Both the position numbers and the translations under genes were made by a program. A stretch of 64,000 nucleotides of DNA from a virus (taxonomy: Duplodnaviria > Caudoviricetes), in the IMG/VR virus record IMGVR_UViG_2690315896_000002, positions 2,287 through 66,286 of that record; one strand, 5' to 3'. The notes under the pieces were generated by a model. That model was given only the letters and a program-made list of their open reading frames with translations, was not told where the DNA came from and did not search any database. Positions 1 through 10,200 of the stretch are shown one piece after another. Numbering within the stretch: the first letter of the stretch is position 1; every line of letters starts with the position of its first letter.

Positions 1-73
1 CCTCCTGGAAGTACCAGACCAGCAGCGCAGCAAGCGCGGCCACGGCGCCGTGGGTGATCGTGTTCAGGCCCAT
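1..73 (-). CDS. 5' end of probable Rz-like i-spanin (truncated by window)
   Basis: ATG at 73 reads MGLNTITHGAVAALAALLVWYFQE, an N-terminal TM helix, downstream of the endolysin. Confidence 0.5.
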   Translation of the reverse strand, partial: MGLNTITHGAVAALAALLVWYFQE

Positions 74-297
74 GGGCGACCCCACTTGCGGTGGTTGCGC
101 CAGGACATCAGCGCCAGGACGCAATTCAGAGGCAGCACGCCCCAGGCCTGCGCCGCCAGGATCCACAGCAGAAAAAGCGCTTGGATCGCCAGGGCCAGGG
201 CCCAGGTCTTCGGGTGCTGGCGCCAGCCCATGAGCGCCATGCACAGGGTCAAGGCGAGCACCAGCCACGGCAGGTGGTTGACGATCAGCGCCACCAT
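64..297 (-). CDS. Small multi-pass membrane protein (77 aa) in lysis cassette
   Basis: MVALIVNHLPWLVL... starts right after endolysin stop; three hydrophobic segments, basic C-terminus. Confidence 0.65.
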   Translation of the reverse strand: MVALIVNHLPWLVLALTLCMALMGWRQHPKTWALALAIQALFLLWILAAQAWGVLPLNCVLALMSWRNHRKWGRPWA

Positions 298-298
298 G

Positions 299-847
299 TC
301 ACGCACCTTCCAGGCACATCGCGCGCTCGGCTTGGCGGCGGTTCTGCAGGCCCTGCACGTACACGCCATCGGCGAAGGACCAATTCGGCGCGCCGCTCGG
401 TGTGCTGGCGATCAGGTTGCAGCCGGCCACGACGTTGCCCAGGTTGATCTGGCGCACGGCCTGCGAGCCGCATGCGCCGTCTTTGCCCACGTTCACCGCA
501 AACATGGTCAGGCCTATGAGGCGCTGCGCGGTCAGGTGGTCCCAGTTGACGCAGCCCAGCACCTCGTAGCCGTACTCGAGCAGCGTGGCCTTGTTGACCT
601 CCTTGCACTCGTCGCTGGTCAGCTTGGTACCGGGCTTCGCGCTCCAGTCCGTGCGGCCTGCGCAGTACGTGGGAATGCCACGGGCCAGCTTGTCGCTGTA
701 TACCTGCAGGACGTTGCCCTCCAGGCGCTCCAACGAGCTGAAGGCCAAAGGGGACGTGAGCGCAGCCAGCAGCACGGTCGGGATCGCGCCCTTGCGCACC
801 AGATTCGCCGGCATGCTGGGCCGGGGCGGCATGGGTAGGCCGCTCAT
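299..847 (-). CDS. SAR endolysin (GH24 lysozyme)
   Basis: Weakly hydrophobic N-terminal segment, then E-x8-D-x6-T catalytic pattern (EGNVLQVYSDKLARGIPT); C-terminal GLQNRRQAE; ATGA overlap with holin. Confidence 0.9.
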   Translation of the reverse strand: MSGLPMPPRPSMPANLVRKGAIPTVLLAALTSPLAFSSLERLEGNVLQVYSDKLARGIPTYCAGRTDWSAKPGTKLTSDECKEVNKATLLEYGYEVLGCVNWDHLTAQRLIGLTMFAVNVGKDGACGSQAVRQINLGNVVAGCNLIASTPSGAPNWSFADGVYVQGLQNRRQAERAMCLEGA

Positions 848-1152
848 TCCTGCAGCTCCAGCGCGCCGAAGTCCGTGCGCGTTTCGCATGCCGTGTGCGG
901 CTGGCCAGTGGCGCGCATCAGGTCCATGCGCATTTGGCGCTCCTGCTGGCGCAGCAGGTGCTCGGCTTCCAAGCGCCGGTTGGCCTTGCGCTTGTAGTAC
1001 CAGGTGATGATGAGGCCAGCAATGGCCACCAGCGCGCCGACGATGGCAGCCACTTCACTGGCGGTCCACAGACCGGCCCCCGCTGTGCCGGCGCCAAGCA
1101 CTGACACTTTCATGCCAGTGGTGCCGATGGAGTCAAGGGTTTCGGGTTTCAT
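844..1152 (-). CDS. Holin
   Basis: 102 aa, TM segment followed by WYYKRK, directly upstream of endolysin. Confidence 0.75.
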   Translation of the reverse strand: MKPETLDSIGTTGMKVSVLGAGTAGAGLWTASEVAAIVGALVAIAGLIITWYYKRKANRRLEAEHLLRQQERQMRMDLMRATGQPHTACETRTDFGALELQE

Positions 1153-1159
1153 GCCCCGG

Positions 1160-1197
1160 AGTGTTCCGAGGCATGCCCTTATCGCCCAACCCTATAC
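1160..1197 (-). promoter_or_regulatory. Late promoter motif copy 1 (holin, leaderless)
   Basis: GTATAGGGTT-N22-AACACT-N7-ATG. Confidence 0.8.
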
Positions 1198-1201
1198 CGG
1201 G

Positions 1202-4200
1202 TCAGCGGCTCGCTTCCTGCGCCATCTCCCGCATCTGCGCACGCAGTGCCTTGGGCGACGTGTCGGCGATCCGGTCAGCCTTGTCCTTACCCATCTGGCG
1301 CACGCGCTTCATGATGTCGGGGATGCTCACCTTGATCGGCTGTTCGGGGTTGTCGCGGTTCCAGGCGGACAGCCGGTCGCGCACGCGCTGCAGCGCCGCG
1401 TCGTCCTTTTCAAACAGCGCCTGTGCCCACTGCGCCTTGATGTCGCTGCTGGTCGCCGTGTAGAACGACTTGGTGCGCTGCATGAAGCTGTTCGCCTCCT
1501 GGACCTCGGCCACGTTCTTCGGCTGGAAGCCGATGAACTTGCTGGCGGCCTCTGCCAGCGACACGTCGATGACCTTGTAGCCCTTCGTGTCCTTGTAGAT
1601 GCCGCTGGTGGCCATGTCGATGCCCTTGGCGGCATTGCGCACGGCGGTGGGCGAGAACTCCATGGCAGCGCCAGCAACGTCGCCCGTCAGGGCCTTGCGC
1701 GCCCCGGTGAAACCGCGTGCCACCAGGTCGCCGGCCGGGCCGGCAATCTCAAGAAGATCGCGCTCGCGGTTCTGCTTGTTCATGAACAGGCCGGTACCGG
1801 GGATCAGGTTGCCCATGCCAAGGCGGCCCGACACGTCGATAGGCGCGCCCGGCAGGCCGGAAACGCCCTGCTCGGCGAAGTCCGCCAGCTCCTTGCCCAC
1901 CACGCTGGCCAGGAACTCCTTGCGCACCTGCTTGCTGCTCAGGTTGTAGCCCATCAACTGTCCGGCGCCGTCGATCAAGTCCTCGATGTCCTCAACGAAC
2001 GGCAGGCCCCCAGCTCCCCCCATCAGCAGCAGCATGGCCACGGCCCAGCCCACCGCGCGGCGGCCGGCCGCACGCTCTGGGCTGCCGGCCTCGCCCTGGT
2101 TCCACATCCGGTTCATCAGCTCAAGGTAGGAGACGCTGTAGGTCCGGAACGTCATGAGGGTGCCCCCCACTGCGCCGCGCCCGAAGCGCATCTTGTTGGC
2201 CTTCGAGTAGAGAAACTGGGTTTCGAGCACGGCCTTGCGGGCGAACTGGCCCGGGTCCGCGATGCCCTGGTCCTTGGCGATCCGGTAGGAGGCAATGAAC
2301 GTGCTGCGGCGGTTGAACTGCTCGGCCAGGGCGAACGGCTGGCCCCAGGCCACCTTGACGCGCTCCCAGTTGTTGGATGCCGCGGCGCGCGCGTCGCCCA
2401 GCTTGGTGCCGTCGCCCGTGCGCAGCGAGCCGGTGCCCCGGGCCTGCGCCATCAGCTGGTGGATTTCCTGCGGGCTCACCGTGCCGTCATCCTCGGCCAG
2501 CTGCAGCGCCCGCGCCAAATCCGCCTCGTACTTGAACCCCTTGGTGCCCATGTCCTTCAGCGCGCGTGCCATCTGGCCGGCCGCCTTGCGCATGCCGCCG
2601 TACTGAGACAGCCAGGGCATGGTGATCTGGAAAGGCTGAGTCATGTTGACGAAGGCCGAGGCCACAGATCCTCCCAGGTACTGGGCGAACAGCATGCCCC
2701 GCACGGCCTGGCCTTCCTCCTGTGGGTCCTGGATGTAGGAGCGCAAGCCCATGGCAACGTCGCGCAGCTCGCCCATTTCCTTGGGGATCGCCTCGACGGC
2801 TTGCTCCATGGTGCCGGCATTCAATCCGCCAGAGCCCAGGCGGGCATTGCTGTAGACGAAACTGGCCAGGACGCGGCCCACGTCCTCGCTGTAGCCGTCG
2901 ATGCCCTTGCGGTGAATAAGGCGCTTCAGGGCGCTGTGGTTGTTCTTCGCCAGCTGCAGGTAGGCCTGGAAAGCCTTGTCCTTGGCATCGTTGCCGTCGC
3001 CCTGCAGGCCCAGCATCGAACCGAACTGCTCCAGGCTCTCAGGGGTGATGCCTGCGAACAGCTTGAATGCCTGCTGGCTCATGGTGCCCTGCGTCACGTT
3101 CGCGCCCTTGAACACGTCGCGCATCTTCATGGCCATCTGGTTGGCTTCGCGCATGCTCTCGAACATGCCGAAAAACTGGCGCTCGCCAGCCTGGTCCACA
3201 ACGTCCACGGTGTACCGGCCGAAGCGCGACAGCGGCGCGTAGCCCTTCGCCATCAGCTCGGACGCGGTTTCGTAGCGATTCACCACGGCGTTGTTCATCT
3301 GCATCAGGCGGTCGGCCATATCCGGGTTGGCGCGGGCCTCGTCCTGCAGCGTGTCCACCACCAGGGTGAATGCGTCCTTCAGGTTCTGCTGCTCCAGCAC
3401 CACGTCGCGCAGGCCCGCGAACTGCTCGCCCAGCACGCGCAGCATGTCGGTGCGCGCTGTCACGTCGATGCTGCGGTCGATGGCGGCGCGCGCCTCCTGG
3501 TACAGGCTCAACTGCTGGTCGCTCAGCTTGAACAAATCTTTCAGCTCTTTCCCACTCCAGACAACACCGGGCTTGAGAATCGTGCTATCAAATCTGCTGT
3601 TTACAGCCGACTCGAAAGACTCCAGCGGCATGCCCTTCCACATCTTCAACACGCGGTCGTCCAGCTTGCCGGTGCGCAGCATGATCTGGGCCTTCTCGTC
3701 GGCGCTCACGTTGCGGTACTTGGCATTCAGCGCTTCGGTGGTCACGGGCGTGCCGTCCACGTCGCGCGCCCACATCAGCGTGCCCTCGAAAAGCGGCTTG
3801 GCCACGGCCTTGTTGTCGTCGGCGGTGATGGGCTTCTTCTTCAGGTCAGCCAGCGTCTCGACGCGTGGCATCAGGCGCGGCGCGAAGTCGGCCGCGTCGT
3901 TGGCGAGCATGGACACGTCATCGATGAAGCGCTGGGCCGCCTCGAAGACGGGTTTGAACTGCGGCACGCGCTCGGCGAGATTGCGCATGGTGCCGAAACT
4001 CTTGTCCCACCAGCTCACCTTGCCCGGGTGGGACAGGGACTGGCTGATCTGATCGAGCGCACTGGTCTTCAGCCGCGCCAGGTCGTCGGCGCCGAAGTTG
4101 GCCACGTCATCCCCAGTGGTATCCAGCGTCAGCAACCGATGGAGCTCACGCGCCACCTCGGCGGACGTTGCCTTGATGCGCTGCACCTCGTTTGCTACAC

Positions 4201-7200
4201 TGGCTTCGTCTCCTGAATTCGTTGAGCCAGACCGTTCGGATGCCGCCTTGGCTGCATCAACACTGGATACTCTCGGATTCAGGAGATTTTCTTTTGTGGA
4301 CACGCTATGCAAATACATGCGTTGCGTGTTGTGGTCCCGGCGTACCAACACCGTCACAATGTTGTCGCGGCCAGACAATCGCACTGGCGCAGACACATAG
4401 AAGCTGTCTTTGTTGCCCACCGCCGTCCGGTAAACCAGCGCTCCCTTCTCGATCACATCCTTGACGGCTGCAAAGGCAATCTTCTTTGCGGCGTTTGCGC
4501 CGCCATGCGCCAGCGAGCTCTTGGCAGCGCGCGCATCAAGCACCACCTCTCCAATCTCTGGGTTGAACGCCCCCCCGCCTTGGCGGGCGAACAAATCTGC
4601 AGCCCAGCGCTCAATATCGGCAAAGCCACCGGCCGGAGCATCCTCCAAGCGCAGAACAGCCACAGGCTGGCCCTGCAAAACACGCGCCCGCTGCAAATCG
4701 CTGGATTCTTCGGCGCTATCTGCGTTCTTGCCACTTCGCACTCCCTGCGTGCGCAGCGCCATGTCCTGGCGCATGGCCGCCACTCCCAACTCCAGCGCCT
4801 GGGACAGCGCATCTGTGGCATCGGCGTTCAGGCCCAGGATTCGCTTAAGGGTGCGCAGGAAGGAGTCCCAGGCGGTCTTGAGCGTGGAGGCGTTGGGCGC
4901 CGTCATCTGGCGCAGGGCCCGCTGGAAATCCGGGTTTGTGAACACCTCGGCAACGAACTCGTCCACGTTGGTCGTGCCGTAGAAGCCCGCCGCGCCCTTC
5001 TGCTTGCGAACATGCTCCAGCAGCTTTTGCAGCTGCATCTTGGGCAGCCCACCCTTGGCCAGCGCGCGCATGGTGGCCGCGTGCATGGCTTCGTGCATGA
5101 AGATGCGCTCGGCCGCGTACTCAGCGCTGCCCGCCATGGCGATGGTGTCGCTACGGCCCCGGTACTGGCCATGGATCGGCGTGCCCTTGACGGTCTTGCC
5201 AATGTGGCCGAACTGCACATTGGGCGTGATGCCGGCGCGCAGCAGCAGGCGTGCCACCTTGCGCAGGAATGGATCCTTGGACTGCTCGGCGACCAGGCGC
5301 AGCACATCGCGGGCGCTCTTGCCATCGGCGATGGCCTGCATCACGGCCTTGTCCTGTGCGCTGCCTGGGCGGCGCTTGGCCTCGCCCTGGAAGTCGGCCG
5401 CGCCCTGGCCGGCGCCGGCGGCATCCGGCACGGCAACGGGGACTCCGGCTGCCGGCGCGGTGCTCCCGTCCTTCTCGATCACCTCGGGCGCGTTGAACTC
5501 GCGCGCCTCGTACAGCGGCATGCCCTGTGCATCCATCACCTCGGTGAAGGGGATGGCCATCTCGCCCTTGGCGTCCTGGCCCAGCACAAACCAGCCGTCC
5601 TTGGTCCACCGGTGACCCGTCACCACGAACGGGCGGCCGGCGCGGAAGGCCTCGGAATCCACGGGCGCGCCAGCGCGCAGCCAGGCGGGCGGCGGCACCG
5701 GGTTCACCTCGATGTCTTTCTCCAGGGCCTCAAGGCGCTTCTGCGCGGCCTCCAAGTCCACAGCGCGGGCAAAGGGCGCTTTGCTCACTTGCTGCAGGCG
5801 CTCGATGCTGGCCTCGCGCTCGGCGATCACACCCTCCACCTTCTCGATGCGGCCGGGGAAGTTGCGCACCTGCTGCTCCAGGCCCCGCAGACCACCGCTG
5901 CTGAATTCCTGCCCGCCCACTTCCATCACCAGCTCGGGTTGGCTCGACAGCGACGGCCAGCGCGCGGTAATGGTCTGGTCGCGGTAGGTGGCCACCGTCA
6001 CGCCGGACTGCTCCATCCGCATTTCCGTCTTCAGGAACTTGTCGATGGCGTCCTCGGCGTCCTTGCGGTTGTCGAAGGCCTGGCCCTGCACCGTCGCAGT
6101 GAAATTCTCCGACTGCGCCTGCATCATGGCGCGCAGGCGCTGCGGTAGATCGTTGGCCCGCATCTGGCGCAGCATGCCGCGGTTCCACTGGATGGCCTCT
6201 TCGGCGTTGCGCATGTTGCGGCGCGCGTCGGCCACGCCGTTGCCGTGCATGCGCTCGGCGCGCTGCAGGGCCTCGACGTTCTTGCGCAGCTTGGCCCGGA
6301 TCAGGATGCGGGGATCACCCGCGGCCTCCGAAAACGACTGGACGATGTCGCTTTCCTCGTCGCTGGCCGCATCACCCTCGATCACGCGCGCGTCGCTGTT
6401 GGCCTTCATGAAGGCAGTGATAAACCGCTGCTTGATCGCCAGAATCTGCCAGCGGCGGCCGTCCAGGCGGTCGGTCATGTAGCGGTACTCGAGCACCGTA
6501 TTCCACTGGTTACCCTGCCGCAGGCCGCGCCCGTTGCGCTGCTCCAGCTCGCCCGGCATGTAGGGCGCGTCCATGTGGTGCATGGCGCGCAGGTTGCGCT
6601 GCATGTTCACGCCCACGCCCAGGGTGTCGGTGGAGCCGATCACCACGCGGACGGTGAGCGCGTTCATGGCGTTGGCAATCTCCTTGCGCTTTTCCTTGCT
6701 GGTGCTGCCGTCCACGATGGCGATCTGCTCGCGCGGGATGCCGCCCTGCACCAGGCGCTCAACGATGTCGCGCATAGTGGAGAAGGTCTTGGCGCGGCGC
6801 GTGATCTTCTTGCCGCTGGGGTCGCGCCCCATGCTCTTGTCCTTGGACGTGGAAAAGCCCTGCTCGGCAAAGATCACCTGTGCGGCGCGGTCGTCGGAGT
6901 TGTAGATCTCCAGCACGTTGCCCACCACCTTGGAGGCCTTGCTGCCGGGCGAGTCGGGCACGCTGCCCTCCTGCCCAGCATAGGCTTCGTCATCCATCAG
7001 GCGCACGTCGAAGCTCGCCTTGTTGGCCAGCCCCTCGGTGATGATGGGCGACTCGGGCGCCCCCGCGTACATAGCCTCCTTGCGGGCTTTGCCGCTCATG
7101 TTGCGCCAGGAGCGCGCGTAGCCCTGCAGCTGCGAGAAGATACGGCTTTGCTCGTCGGTCAGGTCGCTGGTGACGTTGACCACCTTCTTATAGGGGCGGT

Positions 7201-10200
7201 CGGTGGCGTTCTCGGTGCGGCCGTTCAGCAACTCGGCCCGCTCGGCTTCGGCCAGGTCGGCGCTGGTCAGAGTTTTGCCATTGACCTTGCGCGGCTGCAT
7301 TTCCGGCATGTCCTCGGCAAACACCACGTCCATGTACTGGCCGATCATGCGGCGCAGCTCGGGCACGTTGATGAAGCCGGCCAGACGGTTGATGGCCTCG
7401 TACTCGCCGGCCGCCGACAGCTCCACGTCCTGCACTTCCTTGGCGAACGAGCCAAACCAGCCGTCCCAGGATTCCACGCCTGCGGCCTTCATCTCGTCCT
7501 CCATCACGTAGCGCATCTGGTGGAAGATCTCCGTCAGCGTGTTGGTGATGGGCGTGCCGGTGAAGGTGTGGACATTGCCGCCGAAGTTGTTGGCCCGGAT
7601 GTAGCGGGTGATGAACTGCAGCGCAATCGAGCGGTTCGAGGTCTGGGTGTTCAGGCCCTTCATGTTCATGCGCGTGCTGATGGGCGGCTTCTTGAATTCG
7701 TGCGCCTCGTCCACCAGCACCATGTCGATGCCCAGGTCTTCAAACGGGATCGCGCCCTCACGCGATGACTGCATGGCCTGCTTCTTGATCGTCTCGATGA
7801 TCCTGTTGCGCGCCTTGACCAGCTCTTTGGCGGTGATGGAACGGACCTTCTTCAGCTCGTCCTCGTCGTCCATCATCTTGGCGGTCAGCTCGACGCCGTC
7901 TTCCTCAGCTGCGGCATAGGCCTCTTCCTCCAGCGAGCGGATGTCCTCGCGCGCCATCTCCATCAGCGTTTCCTCGCGGAAGCTGAGCCGGTCGATCAGC
8001 GAGTGCGGCATGACGATGGTGTCCCAGTCGTCGTTGGCGATCTGGCGCATGCGCACCGCGATGCTGTCTTTGTCCAGGTTGTCGATGTACAGCACCTTGG
8101 CGGCCGGGTACATCATCTGGATTTCGGCGGCCACGCTGGCACTGTTGGCGTTGTGGGCCAGCAGCACGGGCTTCTTGGCAATGCCGTAGCGACGCGACTC
8201 CACGGCGATGCCGCCCATGGTGAAGGTCTTGCCGGTGCCGACTTCATGCGCGTTGAGCGAACGGCGGTTGACCAGCGCGCGCCAGATGGCGTTGACCTGG
8301 TGCTGACGGAGGTTGAACGGCCCACGGCCCAGGCTCAGGGCCATGCCGTCCAGGTGGAGAAATGACCCGTCGTACTTCGGCGTGGCGTAGGCGTTGCGCG
8401 ACTCGTTGTATTCCGCTTCCAGCGCCGTGCGGCGCTCGGGGTCGGACCACAGCCACTCGCCGAACTTGGCGCGGATGTCGCCGATGCGGGCGTTGGCTTC
8501 GTCGGAGGCCTCGGTGTCCACGTACTCGTTGCCGTCGCTGTCCTTGCGGCGGATCTTCACCGTCTGGTTGGTGAAAGCGGCGTTGACCAGCTTGCTGAAT
8601 GGGTACTCGCCCGTGCCGAAGCCGGTGCGGGCCTCGGTCCAGTGGTTGGCGCCATCGGGCAGGCGAATCTTCCAGCGCCCGTTGAGGAAGGTGGCCTCGA
8701 TGCCGTTGGTGCTGGGCCGGTTGAGCATGTGGGCCACGTACTCGGCGTAGGCCCGGGCCGGCACCCAGGTGGCGCCCAGCTGGCTCTCGATGTTGAAGTA
8801 CGGCACATCCTCGGGGATGACCTTCTTCAGCTCGGCCACGTTGCGCTCCATGGCCTTGTCGCCTTCGGCCAGCGCCGCTTGTGCTTCGCGCAACTTCTGG
8901 CGCACATTGCCCGACAGGTAGATGTCGGAGGGCACCACGTCGCCGTTCGGGGCCTCAAACACCGCGCCCGACTTCACCAGGGCGGCGCGCACCTCGGCTT
9001 CGGGCTTGCCAGCGAGCGCGGCAATCTCGGCCAGGGTGGGCTCGACAGAGCGGTTGCGCGCCAGCACATAGGCGTCCTGCGGCGTGGGGTTCTCCATGCC
9101 ACGCGCGCCGCGGATCGTGCTCTTGCTCAGGATTTCCGAGGGCTTGCCGTTGACCGTCAGCGCGGCCAGCGCCGGGTAGAACGGGTCGTCAATCTTGCGC
9201 AGGTAGTCCAGGCCGAAGCTATCGCTCAAGTCGCCGTGGGCCTTGCCGAAGGCGTCATAGGCCTCGCGCAGCCCGTTGCGAGCGTCATCGGCATCGCCGG
9301 TGCGCTCTGCCTCGATCAGCGCGGCGTACTTGCGGCGCATGTCGATCAGCGCACGCAGCTCGCGCTCGCGCTCCGCCGTGGCCGCCTCGCTCTTGAGCGC
9401 GTACTTGCGCACTTCCTGGGCCGGTGCAAGGTGTTCGCCGCGCACCACGTACAGCCGGCCATTCTGCTCGCTCAAGGAGCCCTCGCGGTCAGCGGTGTGG
9501 TTCGTCACATAGCTGAGGTGCTTCGTGCGGTCTTCCTTGCTGAATACCCCCTCGGGCACGAGGTTCACCGCATCGCGCAGGCGCTCGGCCATGTTGTCCG
9601 GGCGGTGGACGATCATGCCGGGCTGCATGCGCGTGGTGCCGTGGCCGTAGTCGGTGGTGCCGATCACGTTGCCCGGGTTCTGCGCATAGAACTCGTTGAT
9701 GAACACCTCTGGTCCGGCCGGCGTCTTCACGGCTACCGAGTTGATCCACGGCTCATTGGGCGTCAGGCTCAGGGCCTGGGGGCGCTTCTTCAGGATCACG
9801 ATGTCAGTGACCACCTTGGTGCCCGCGTACTCCTGGAAGGCGCCCGAGGGCAGCCGGATCGACGTGACCAGCTCGGCCTTGCGCGCCAGGGCGGCCCGGA
9901 TACGGGTCGCCTTCTTGTCCATGGTGCCGTTGGACGTGATGCCCACCACCAGCCCGCCCGGCCGGACCTGATCGAGCGCTTTCAGGAAAAAGTAGTCATG
10001 CAGGAACGGCGACAGCGTGTTGTACCGGCGGTCTGCGATGACCGTGTTCTCGAACGGCCAGTTGCCGATCACCACGTCGTAGAAGTCGTCCGGCGTCTTG
10101 GACTCCTGGTAGCCCATGATCTTGACGTTGGCGTCCGGGTACAGGCGCGTGGCCATGGCCCCGGTCAGGCTGTCCAGCTCGATGCCAGCCAGGTGGCTAC

